Below, piece by piece: positions 1-9,091 of a stretch of 43,697 nucleotides of DNA (within the stretch, counting starts at the first letter, position 1; each line of letters starts with the position of its first letter). The translations under genes were made by a program, and so were the position numbers. The notes beneath the pieces were generated by a model. That model was not told where the DNA came from, ran no database searches, and was given only the letters and a program-made list of their open reading frames with translations. The stretch covers positions 1 to 43,697 of the forward strand of contig JANRIL010000039.1 in the NCBI GenBank assembly GCA_033764955.1, in the 5' to 3' direction. This stretch comes from Cyanobacteriota bacterium. Its GTDB lineage: Bacteria > Cyanobacteriota > Cyanobacteriia > Thermostichales > Thermostichaceae.

Positions 1-71
1 CGGATGGAGGTATTGCCGAGATGATAGGCTGCTACCACTTTCTTTCGGAGGTCAAGGGAATAACGGCTCAT
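1..71 (-). CDS. IS630-family transposase N-terminus (partial, not in ORF track)
   Basis: Manual translation from ATG at 71 gives MSRYSLDLRKKVVAAYHLGNTSI(R). The 'YSLDLR.K.V.AY' start is typical of IS630 HTH domains. Confidence 0.8.
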   Translation of the reverse strand, partial: MSRYSLDLRKKVVAAYHLGNTSI

Positions 72-138
72 GCTGTTGGAAAACTCAACCTCTCTAACCT
101 TAACTCATTCATGTTCTATGTAAATAACGAAAAAGCTG
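1..138 (-). mobile_element. Left end of an IS630-family insertion sequence, truncated by the window edge
   Basis: The minus strand from 140 reads TA|CAGCTTTTTCGTTATTTACATAGAACA, which resembles a cyanobacterial IS630 terminal IR next to a TA target (139-140). An IS630-type transposase start follows. Confidence 0.7.
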
Positions 139-140
139 TA

Positions 141-379
141 AGTTTTATACTGAATTTCTGGAAAGCCTATCAAAAAATTATTCCAAAAAATCAGCATGAG
201 GCTGTTGGTAAAGAGACAGGGGCAACCCTCTCTGATTGTTCGCGTAGCTTGGCGTAGCCATAACAATTAAACAACACCCTTAGACAGCGGATTGGAAGGC
301 TAGTCGGAAAAACTCCCTCCTTCTCCAAGAAGCTGGAGAACCCTATTGGGATGATCTTCAACTAAGGATCGACACAGCC
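141..379 (+). pseudogene. IS1-family transposase (InsB) C-terminal remnant
   Basis: One frame reads FWKAYQKIIPKNQHEAVGKETG...LNNTLRQRIGRLVGKTPSFSKKLENPIG, the conserved cyanobacterial IS1 InsB C-terminus. It is interrupted by stops at 255-257 and 261-263. Confidence 0.85.
238..261 (+). repeat. Small dispersed repeat (SDR-like, about 24 nt) inserted in the IS1 remnant
   Basis: Sequence is GTTCGCGTAGCTTGGCGTAGCCAT, with a TGGC-GTA-GCCA mini-hairpin. It accounts for the 24-nt excess between GKETG and NNTLRQR relative to intact InsB. Confidence 0.6.
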
Positions 380-395
380 TGACAAAATCCCCGCT

Positions 396-1127
396 TTAAC
401 GAATCACAGGCTGAAAGTCTTGAGTAACAGTTAGGGTAAGGGGAGTGTCAGCATTGACCACCGCTACCTCCGGCGCGGTCACATTTCCCACCACAGCTCC
501 CGCCAGTGCCCCACCGATCACTTTTTCGGTAGAGATTACCTGATTGCCGAGGAGACCTCCCAAAATGGCCCCGGCGGCAGCGCCAATCGCCACATCCTCA
601 GCAATAGCCTGCCCAGAGGTTTGGCGGGGATCCTTCTGGTTGGCAATCACCGCGCTCTGGGCGAACAGGGGGTAACTTTGGTTATTGATGATCACTGAAC
701 GGGCAAAAAACTGAGTTCCCCCATTCACCGGTTGAAATTGTCCTTCCACCAAGGATCCCGCCGGAACTACCTGATTACCTTGGGGATCCCGCAGGGCAGT
801 ATCCAGAACGAGGGTGACAGAGCGAGTTTCGCCAGGAGCAATGTAGAGAGGATCCCCGGCTCGATAGGTGGCAGGCAAAATATCCCCAGAGCGCAAAAGC
901 AGGGTGGCTTGCAGGTTGAACTGTGTGGGGGGTTGATAGGGTTGCTGGGGAGCCGATTGAGGAGTAACCGACCGCCAGCCTTCTCCAGGGGGTAGGGTAG
1001 GCACGGGGGAAAATGTGTAGCTTTGCGCCAGCACGGCAGCGTTAGAGAAGATGAGCGCCCAGCCACTCACCAGCCCGACCCCAACCCGATAAACCCAGAC
1101 TTGATTGCTCTCTTGACTGACTTTCAT
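396..1127 (-). CDS. Conserved cyanobacterial exported protein with C-terminal glycine zipper
   Basis: Signal-like hydrophobic N-terminus ending AVLAQ, a Pro/Gln linker, a beta-rich domain (VVPAGSLVEGQFQPVNGGTQF), and GAAAGAILGGLLG...GGALAGAVVG. ATG 1127 is preferred over 1199. Confidence 0.75.
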   Translation of the reverse strand: MKVSQESNQVWVYRVGVGLVSGWALIFSNAAVLAQSYTFSPVPTLPPGEGWRSVTPQSAPQQPYQPPTQFNLQATLLLRSGDILPATYRAGDPLYIAPGETRSVTLVLDTALRDPQGNQVVPAGSLVEGQFQPVNGGTQFFARSVIINNQSYPLFAQSAVIANQKDPRQTSGQAIAEDVAIGAAAGAILGGLLGNQVISTEKVIGGALAGAVVGNVTAPEVAVVNADTPLTLTVTQDFQPVIR

Positions 1128-1454
1128 AAATCTTGATCCCCACGCTTTATCCAGTTTAGCAACGGACACTTTAGCAACGGAACGGTTGACGATAGTCATT
1201 CCAATTTAATTTGAGAATCGCAAAGCCTCTCACTGCTTGCTTAGAAGGACTTATCTAGTCGCATTATGAACTGGAATGACAATATTTCTCGTCTTGCTTC
1301 CTCTATCAAACGGGATCCCTGGCTATCGCGGCTACGGAACTGCCCGTAAAGTTTCCTACTTCTCTCCTCCTGAGCGGTTGCGGGTTTTATCCCCGACCTC
1401 TTTTACAGGCGGCGGGAATGCTTGCATTGCCCTTTGAATTTCGCGCCGCTGAAT

Positions 1455-2390
1455 TTAACTCTGCCGTAGCTGCCGTAGTAGTCGCTCCATCTCATCGGGG
1501 AGGGGAGCTTGACAGGTGATGGTTTCTTGACTGACGGGATGGCTAAATGTCAGCCTCCAAGCATGGAGCGCCTGTCCACTCAGTTTAACAGGGCTGGTTT
1601 TGCTGGCCGTATAAACGGGATCCCCAACGATGGGGCAACGCAAATAAGCCGCATGGACACGAATTTGATGGGTGCGCCCTGTGGCTAGGCGAAAGTGCAT
1701 CAGGGTGTAGTTCCCCAGCCGTTCCAACACTCTCCACAAGGTGATGGCTTGCCGCCCCTGCCCCGCCTCCACCACCGCCATCTTTTTGCGATCCTGGGGA
1801 TGGCGGCTGATAGCCGTCACGATCTCACCCGATGCCTGAGGGGGGTGACCAAACACAATTCCCAGATATTCCCGTTGGGCAGTTTTGGCCTGAATTTGCC
1901 CTTGCAGATGGCGGTGAACCGGATCGGTTTTAGCCACTACCATGACACCGGAGGTATCTTTATCTAATCGATGCACAATACCAGGACGCTGCTCCCCATT
2001 GATGCCGGAAAGATAATCACAATGTGCCATCAAAGCATTCACTAAAGTGTCGTGGGCGTGGCCAGCGGCGGGATGCACCACCAACCCTTTCGGCTTGTTA
2101 ATCACTAGCAAATGCTCATCTTCATAAAGAATATCCAGAGCCATTGCTTGGGGACGAATGTCCACGGCTTGCACGGGGGGAATCTGGATGGAGAGAAAAT
2201 GCCCCGCCTGCAATACATAGTTTTTTTGAGTGCAGATCTGCTGATTGAGCAGGACTTGCCCTTGTTCAATCAGTTTTTGTAGGTAAGAGCGAGAAAATTG
2301 TGGTAGATGGTTAGCCAGCCAGCGATCCAGTCGTTGTCCTTGATCCTGATTTGATATCTGCCAAGTCGTTGGCAACGATTCCAATGACAT
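1455..2390 (-). CDS. rluD: RluA/RluD family 23S rRNA pseudouridine synthase
   Basis: N-terminal S4 domain (QRLDRWLA...SRSYLQKLI), NKPKGLVVHP, catalytic VHRLDKDTSG, TGRTHQIRVH, QALHA. Confidence 0.93.
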   Translation of the reverse strand: MSLESLPTTWQISNQDQGQRLDRWLANHLPQFSRSYLQKLIEQGQVLLNQQICTQKNYVLQAGHFLSIQIPPVQAVDIRPQAMALDILYEDEHLLVINKPKGLVVHPAAGHAHDTLVNALMAHCDYLSGINGEQRPGIVHRLDKDTSGVMVVAKTDPVHRHLQGQIQAKTAQREYLGIVFGHPPQASGEIVTAISRHPQDRKKMAVVEAGQGRQAITLWRVLERLGNYTLMHFRLATGRTHQIRVHAAYLRCPIVGDPVYTASKTSPVKLSGQALHAWRLTFSHPVSQETITCQAPLPDEMERLLRQLRQS

Positions 2391-2680
2391 AGGGGAATGA
2401 CTAGTCGAATGACATCGTGAGAGTAAAGCAGGTCAGAGTAAAGGAGTGTCAGTAACAGTTGGATGGGCGAATGAAGAATGCTGTAAATATCTTAATAATA
2501 ACCCACCTCAGAAATGATTGACGACAGGTTGACTATCGTGCAAGGATTGCCCTGATGGTAACTTGCGGAGTAGATTTTAGGCTTCGTAAGCTTAATCAAT
2601 AATTATTCTTAACCATCTACAGAATGCATTCCTGACTTACTGAAATAATCAAGAACAATCCAATAGGAGAGCAGATCAAA

Positions 2681-3535
2681 ATGTTTTTAACCAGCAGAAT
2701 GCATGGAATATTAGCTCAGATACAGGTGTCGGAAGTTAACGAGGTTCTGCAAACTGTTCTGAGTCAGCTTGCCCAAGTTGGCCTAAAACTAATTGGGGCA
2801 TTAGTCTTTTGGGTGGTAGGACGTTGGCTAATTAACATTGGGATCCAACTGGTCTCAAAAAGTTTGAAGGCTCAAAATATTGATACGACTGTCATTACCT
2901 ATATTGGTTCTGGTATTTCGGTCTCACTTAATATTGTTCTAATTGTTGCCATCCTCGGATTTTTTGGCATTGAAACCACCTCCTTTGCTGCTCTATTAGC
3001 GGCAGCGGGTGTAGCGATTGGCGCGGCGTGGAGTGGATTGTTGGCTAATTTTGCGGCAGGAGCTTTCTTAATTATCTTGCGGCCTTTTAAGGTGGGAGAC
3101 TTTATTTCGGCGGGTGGAGTAGTTGGAACCGTCAAAGAGATTGGTTTATTTGTTACTACCCTGACCACCCTCGATAACATCGTCACTTTTGTGGGCAATA
3201 GCAAACTATTTTCTGACAACATTCAAAATTTCTCAGCAACTCCTTATCGACGGGTTGATCTAGCGGCGCAACTGAGCCATAAAGTGGATCACCGTGCCGC
3301 CATAAGTATGTTGAAAGAACGGTTAAATCGGATCCCGAATGTGTTGACGGATCCCGCTCCCGATGTAGAAATTCTGGAATTTAATTTGGCTGGCCCCGTG
3401 TTGGCGGTTCGCCCCTACTGCAACAATGCTCACTACTGGCAAGTTTATTTTGATACCAACCGCATGATTCGGGAAGCCTTTAGTGATGCGGGATATCCAG
3501 TTCCAGAGCAGCACTACCTAGTGCGACGGGATTAG
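2681..3535 (+). CDS. mscS: Small-conductance mechanosensitive channel
   Basis: Three TM segments, AAAGVAIGAAWSGLLANFAAG, ILRPFKVGDFI, GTVKEIGLFVT, IQNFS..PYRRVDL. Confidence 0.92.
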   Translation: MFLTSRMHGILAQIQVSEVNEVLQTVLSQLAQVGLKLIGALVFWVVGRWLINIGIQLVSKSLKAQNIDTTVITYIGSGISVSLNIVLIVAILGFFGIETTSFAALLAAAGVAIGAAWSGLLANFAAGAFLIILRPFKVGDFISAGGVVGTVKEIGLFVTTLTTLDNIVTFVGNSKLFSDNIQNFSATPYRRVDLAAQLSHKVDHRAAISMLKERLNRIPNVLTDPAPDVEILEFNLAGPVLAVRPYCNNAHYWQVYFDTNRMIREAFSDAGYPVPEQHYLVRRD

Positions 3536-3589
3536 GAGTAGGAGGCCGAGATTAGGGCAGTGGAATGGTTCGTTGTTCTCAAGTTGGCC

Positions 3590-4504
3590 TCAACAAACGG
3601 GTGTGGCTCCCAAACTAATCACTTGTTGGCGCAGTTGAGACAGTTGTTGCTCCACTTCAACAAAGCGGCTCATCTGTTGGGCTAATAATTCTTCCCCCTG
3701 GCGGCGGGCGGAGATGTCCTCCACTGTTCCCTCATAATAGAGCAAATTGCCATCCGGATCGTAGACAGGGCGGGCGTTTTCTTTGATCCAAACCTGTTGA
3801 TTTTCTCCATAGCGGATGGCCGATTCCAGATTAGAAATGGATCCCTCTTCGCTAATTAGATATTGAAATTTCCCCCAGCGTTGTGGATCCACATAAAGCT
3901 GGGTAATATTGGCAACAGATTGCAGCATGACGCTGGGAGATTCGTAGCCACAAATTCGTGACAGGGAGGGATTGACCGTCAGATAGTCTCCTTGGGGGCT
4001 AATTTGATAGATACCTTCCGCAGCATTTTCAAAAATACTGCGATACTTGACCTCAGCGCGTTGGAGTTCGGCATTTTGCCGTTGCAATTCTTGTTGGAGG
4101 CGATAGAGGGTGAGTTGGTTTTTGACCCTAGCCAGCACTTCTTCTGACTGCAATGGTTTGGTGATATAGTCGGCTCCGCCCACCCCAAAGGCAGTCACCT
4201 TATCCATCGTTTCGTTAAGAGCACTGATAAAGATAACCGGGATCCCTTGGGTTTGGGGGTTGGCCTTCAGTTGGCGGCAGACCTCATAGCCCCCCAGTTC
4301 CGGCATCATGATATCGAGCAAAATTAAGTCCGGTGGCTCCGCTAGCACCGTTTTGAGAGCCATCTGTCCATTGGTGACGCTGCGAACTCGGTAGTGGTGC
4401 TGGGTGAGGATTGTCGAGAGGAGGCGCAAATTATCGGGTTTATCATCCACCACCAGAATGTTGGGTTTTGGGCTGGAGTCGGGGCGATCCTGGGCAGCAT
4501 TCAT
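3590..4504 (-). CDS. Response regulator (REC-PAS-coiled coil)
   Basis: ILVVDD, LILLDIMMP and DYITKP receiver motifs. PAS domain KYRSIFENAAEGIYQ...YYEGTVEDIS. ATGA overlap with the upstream kinase. Confidence 0.92.
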   Translation of the reverse strand: MNAAQDRPDSSPKPNILVVDDKPDNLRLLSTILTQHHYRVRSVTNGQMALKTVLAEPPDLILLDIMMPELGGYEVCRQLKANPQTQGIPVIFISALNETMDKVTAFGVGGADYITKPLQSEEVLARVKNQLTLYRLQQELQRQNAELQRAEVKYRSIFENAAEGIYQISPQGDYLTVNPSLSRICGYESPSVMLQSVANITQLYVDPQRWGKFQYLISEEGSISNLESAIRYGENQQVWIKENARPVYDPDGNLLYYEGTVEDISARRQGEELLAQQMSRFVEVEQQLSQLRQQVISLGATPVC

Positions 4505-7500
4505 GGGGTATTCTCCTGGGTCAGCGCAAGAATGGGTTCAAACTGAAAATCATGGATCCAGGCTCGCAGGGCTTCCGCTAATTCCTGCTGTTCCGGCTGC
4601 ATCTGAGCCACTAACTCCAGAACGGCAGGGCTATCTGCCCGTAAGGTGGCTTGGTGCAGGTCAGCAAGCCAGGTGGAGGGCATCATCTTGAGAGCAGCAG
4701 CAAGATCGCTGCTCTGCTCAGAGGCGGCTGACTCTGATGTGGGAAGACCTCCTTCAGCATAGAGGTAGATCACCCCCAGATGCTCCTGAATGGCTTGGAA
4801 AAGGGCGGATTCTTGTAGGGGTTTCGCCAGAACCGCTTGGCAGCCCAAATCCAGTAGCGCCTGCTGCTCATCGGCTAAAGCCAGCGCACTCACCGCCAGA
4901 ATAACCACCGAACCTCCCCCCTTACTCTGGCGGATCTGGCGGATCAGACTCCTGCCATCCATCCCTGGCATTTGGATATCCACACAGATCAAATGGGGAT
5001 CCCAATGGTGCCAAACGTCGAGGGCTTCGGCTCCACTGGTAACCGAGCGGGTGATAAACCCAATGGGTTGCAAAAGCTGAGCCAGTAGTAGGCAATTTTC
5101 CGGTTGATCATCCACCAGCAAGACGCGATAGTCCGGCTGGGCGGGAGCCAGTCCGATAATCGGCTGGGATTGGCTAGCCACTAAAATCGGGGATTCTGCC
5201 CTGGGTAACGGGATCCAGAAGGAAAAGGTGGATCCCTGATTGACCCGACTGAGCACCTGAATTTTGCCCCCCATCAACTCAATATATTGGCGACTGAGAG
5301 CCAGCCCTAACCCTGTGCCCCCCTGAGCTTGCATCCCACTTTCGGTTTGGACAAAGGGATGAAAGAGATATTGCTGTTCCTCCGCTGTGATGCCGATGCC
5401 CGTATCCTCCACACTACAGGTAAGAATTTCGGCCTCATAACTCAGCCAGAGTTCCACCCGCCCCATCTCGGTAAACTTGATGGCATTGCTGAGGAGATTG
5501 GTTAAGACTTGTCGCAATTTCCCTCCATCCCCAAAAACCCACTCCGGTAGCTCGGCCAAACCGCACACCTGAAAGGCCAATCCTTTGCTGGTGGCGCGTT
5601 GACCCAAAAGAAATTTCAGATCCTGCAACAAACGGGGCAGATGAAACACTTCTGAGCGTACTGTCACCTTGCCCGCTTCCATTTTCGATATTTCTAAGAC
5701 ATCGTTGATCAGGGTTAGCAGGTGTTCGCCACTGCGGTTGATGATGGAGAGCTGCTCCCGCTGTTGGTCAGTTAAATAGGGATCCTTTGCCATGACTTGA
5801 GCAAACCCCAGAATGGCATTGAGGGGAGTCCGCAGTTCATGGCTCATGGTGGAGAGAAAGGTGCTTTTGGCCAGGTTGGCGGCTTCGGCGGCCTGTTTGG
5901 CTTGATCGAGCGCCATATTTTGTACCGAGAGTTGCTGGCGTTGTTGCCGTTCTTGCTCTAGCAGGCGAGCTTGGGCAAGGGCAATTCCCCCTTGGGCAGC
6001 CACCGCCTCCAGCAACGCCACTTCCTCTTTCGTCCACTCCCGAAATCGCTGATAGTCCCCCGCCACAATTAGTCCATTCGCCTCCCCCTGATAGGAAGTC
6101 CGCACCGCCAGCAGCGATTTAATGCCGACCCGCTCCGCCTGCTCATGAACAGGTGGCAATAAGGGATCCTCATAAACATTAGGGGAAGCCACCGCCTGAT
6201 CTTGAGAGAGCACCAATTGGGCATGTCGATCCTGGGCAAAGGGCACATCTCCTACCCCTTTATGCTCATAACCGGGACTGGCATACACCGCCATCGTCAG
6301 CAACGAGGGTTGGGGTTGGGCTAAAAAGGCATAAACCCGACAGCGCTGTACCTTGAGGGCTTGTCCCAACTGAGCAGCCATCACCTGAAAGATCCGCTGA
6401 GCGTCTAAACTACTACGAATCTCTTGGGTGATTTGGGAAAGCAGCAACGTGCGTTGAAGCTCGTATTGTAGGGCGGTCTGGCTTTGGTTGAGGGCTTGCT
6501 TGATGCGGCGCAGCAGAGCATTTTGGTTTTCCAGTTGCTCCCGTTGATAGCGTTCCTGTTGGAGCAGGCGAGCATGCCCCAGACCGATCCCCACTTGTAT
6601 AGCAATGGACTCCAAAAGCTCAATTTCCATCTCAGTCCACTGCCGCGTCTGCTGGTAGTCCAGCAAGCTGATCACACCATTCACTTCTCCCTGGCAGGAA
6701 GTTCGCACCATCAGCAGGGACTTTACCCCCATTTGTTGATAGAGGTTAACCAGCACATGGTGGGATCCGATGGCTTCAGCTTTCGTGACTTCTCCTTCTG
6801 TATAGGCAAAGGCGCGGTCGTGGTTGAAAGTTTCATGCAGATGGGATCCCTCCACAATTGGCAGATCCCGTAATCCATCTAAGGGGGGAGGGGAGGCAGC
6901 AAAATAATGGCCAGTCAGGTGCAGGTGAGGCAGGGGCTGAGGCAGGTAGGTATGCACCAGGCAGGCTTCCACATGCAGCGCTTGCCCCAGTTCTAGAGCT
7001 GTGCCTTGGACAATCTGTTGGGAATCGAGACTACTGCGAATCTCTTCGGTGATTTTTTTGATCAGTAGGGTACGCTGCAACTGCTGATGCAGCGCCTGCT
7101 GACTCGTTCTAAGGGCTTCTTCCACTCGTTTGAGTTGGGTGATGTCTTCGTGGCAGCCTAAGATGCCCGATATCTTGCCGTCGGGATCCCGTAGACATAT
7201 TTTGTTACTGCTAATCCAGATGGTTCGTCCATCCGCCAGTTGCATAGCAGATTGCGACTGAAAATAGCTCATGCCGGAACTGAGCACCTGCTGATCCGTT
7301 TGGCGAAAGCGGGCGGCTTGTTCGGCTGACCACAGTTGTGCATCGGTTTTGCCAACAATTTGATCGGGGGAATCCAGACCCGCTTCGAGGGCGCAGAGGT
7401 GATTACAGCCTCGATAAATCAACTGAGTATCCTTCCAGTAAATCGTCAAGGGGATGCTGTCAAACACCAATTTCAGCATCGCTTGGGATTCACGGAGCGC

Positions 7501-8946
7501 TTCTTGAGCGCGTTGTTGCTCGGTAATATCTCGGTAGCTCCAGACCCGCCCCACGATTTGATTGCCAATGCGCTGTGGTAAGGAATACCGCTCAAATACC
7601 CGCCCATCCTTGAGGTAGAGATAGTCTTTTTGCCGTTGCTCCGGCTGGAGAAACAAATGCCGAACCTGTTGATGAAACTCCTCAGGATTAAGGGTTCGGG
7701 ATCCCATAAATTCTAGGCGGGCATCGGCGGTTCCCGGCTCCAACAGAGTGGGTGGGATCCCCCACATTTCCAGAAACTGCTGGTTATGGAGGGTAATGCA
7801 GCGATCCCGATTGGCCACCAAAATGCCATCGGCGGTAGATTCCAGAGTCGCCTGCAAGAGGGAAAGGGAGGTTTCTCGTTCCTGCTCGATCTGCTTACGG
7901 TCGGTGATATCCATACAGATACCGATTAGGCGCAGGGGCTGACCCGCCGCATCCCGCAAACATCGACCCGAACTGGCTAACCAGCGGATCTGCCCATTGG
8001 GTAAGGTAATACGGTATTCCACGTAGTAGGGGGATCCCTGGTGCAAAGTGGACTGTTGAGCCTGTTGCACCCGTTCTCGATCTTCAGGATGGACACAGTT
8101 GAGGAAGTGATGATAGGTAAGGGGAGCATCCGGATCTAAGCCAAAGAGTAGGCGGGTTTCTGGTGACCATTGCTCCTCTTGACTGGGAATATGCCAGTCC
8201 CAAGCCCCCATACGGGCGGCATCTAAGGCCATTTGTAACCAGGAGGTTCTTTGCCCCAACGCCGCTTGAGTCTCCTTGTGGGTGGTGATATCGTTACAAG
8301 CCCCTACCACCCCGATCACCGCTCCCTGTTCATTCCGCAGGGGAATTTTATTGACACTAATCCAGGAGACCTCTCCAGTGCCGCTATGAATTTGTTGCAC
8401 CTGCTGATAAACGGGGGTCTCGCTTTGCATCACCTGTTGATCGAGGGCATGAAAAAGCTCCGCCTGAAAGGTCGGCCATTGCAGTTGCAGATCCGTTTTG
8501 CCCAGCATCTCGCTGACACAGCATAGACCGGATGCCTTCACCGCCTGTTGATTGGCTCCCATATAAACGGACTGGCGATCCTTCCAAAAAATGGCCATAG
8601 GAATCGCCTCGATCACCCCTTGCCAAATCTCGACCGAACGCAGCAAACTTTGCTGCTGCTGGCTTAATTGCTGAAGCCGCTGTCCAACGCCCCGATCCAA
8701 CCAGCAATGCATGAGATGGGTAACCAGGGATCCCGCCAATAAGCCAATCAAGGCAAAAGGATAGGTGACCTGCTCAGGAAGGCTAGCGGTCATCCACTGG
8801 CTAAGGGGAAAGCTGAGACCAAGCAGGATGGTGAAGGACACCAGCAGAGCCAATCGGGTTTGATGAGGCGAAGCCAAGGGTGGAGTGAGCAGATGCCGCA
8901 TGGGAGTGGAACCGATAGGAAAATCACAGTTGTGGACTGCTCCCAT
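4501..8946 (-). CDS. Membrane-anchored multi-sensor hybrid histidine kinase (TM-4xPAS-2xGAF-HisKA-HATPase-REC)
   Basis: H-box MSHELRTPLNAILG, N-box NLLSNAIKFT, DTGIG, GGTGLGL, receiver LLVDD...VDIQMP. Four PAS/PAC units ending DIT and two GAF repeats. Confidence 0.93.
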   Translation of the reverse strand: MGAVHNCDFPIGSTPMRHLLTPPLASPHQTRLALLVSFTILLGLSFPLSQWMTASLPEQVTYPFALIGLLAGSLVTHLMHCWLDRGVGQRLQQLSQQQQSLLRSVEIWQGVIEAIPMAIFWKDRQSVYMGANQQAVKASGLCCVSEMLGKTDLQLQWPTFQAELFHALDQQVMQSETPVYQQVQQIHSGTGEVSWISVNKIPLRNEQGAVIGVVGACNDITTHKETQAALGQRTSWLQMALDAARMGAWDWHIPSQEEQWSPETRLLFGLDPDAPLTYHHFLNCVHPEDRERVQQAQQSTLHQGSPYYVEYRITLPNGQIRWLASSGRCLRDAAGQPLRLIGICMDITDRKQIEQERETSLSLLQATLESTADGILVANRDRCITLHNQQFLEMWGIPPTLLEPGTADARLEFMGSRTLNPEEFHQQVRHLFLQPEQRQKDYLYLKDGRVFERYSLPQRIGNQIVGRVWSYRDITEQQRAQEALRESQAMLKLVFDSIPLTIYWKDTQLIYRGCNHLCALEAGLDSPDQIVGKTDAQLWSAEQAARFRQTDQQVLSSGMSYFQSQSAMQLADGRTIWISSNKICLRDPDGKISGILGCHEDITQLKRVEEALRTSQQALHQQLQRTLLIKKITEEIRSSLDSQQIVQGTALELGQALHVEACLVHTYLPQPLPHLHLTGHYFAASPPPLDGLRDLPIVEGSHLHETFNHDRAFAYTEGEVTKAEAIGSHHVLVNLYQQMGVKSLLMVRTSCQGEVNGVISLLDYQQTRQWTEMEIELLESIAIQVGIGLGHARLLQQERYQREQLENQNALLRRIKQALNQSQTALQYELQRTLLLSQITQEIRSSLDAQRIFQVMAAQLGQALKVQRCRVYAFLAQPQPSLLTMAVYASPGYEHKGVGDVPFAQDRHAQLVLSQDQAVASPNVYEDPLLPPVHEQAERVGIKSLLAVRTSYQGEANGLIVAGDYQRFREWTKEEVALLEAVAAQGGIALAQARLLEQERQQRQQLSVQNMALDQAKQAAEAANLAKSTFLSTMSHELRTPLNAILGFAQVMAKDPYLTDQQREQLSIINRSGEHLLTLINDVLEISKMEAGKVTVRSEVFHLPRLLQDLKFLLGQRATSKGLAFQVCGLAELPEWVFGDGGKLRQVLTNLLSNAIKFTEMGRVELWLSYEAEILTCSVEDTGIGITAEEQQYLFHPFVQTESGMQAQGGTGLGLALSRQYIELMGGKIQVLSRVNQGSTFSFWIPLPRAESPILVASQSQPIIGLAPAQPDYRVLLVDDQPENCLLLAQLLQPIGFITRSVTSGAEALDVWHHWDPHLICVDIQMPGMDGRSLIRQIRQSKGGGSVVILAVSALALADEQQALLDLGCQAVLAKPLQESALFQAIQEHLGVIYLYAEGGLPTSESAASEQSSDLAAALKMMPSTWLADLHQATLRADSPAVLELVAQMQPEQQELAEALRAWIHDFQFEPILALTQENTP

Positions 8947-9091
8947 TATGAATAGATAAGCCGAGAGAAAAAGCCGATGAGCAGGAGATCAAGGCGAACG
9001 GGATTTGGCTTGCGATAGAGTATTGGCAACAGTTCCACCTGTCTAAGCCCCCAGGGATCCCCATCTGTTGCCCTCCTCACAGAGCCGTCTT

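Noticed and set aside
21..257. 78-aa ORF in the track
   Set aside because: It is a chimeric frame spanning antisense IS630, the IS end and the IS1 remnant, not a gene.
5945..7077. GAF domains as cyanobacteriochrome photoreceptors
   Set aside because: The canonical bilin-binding Cys motifs are absent.
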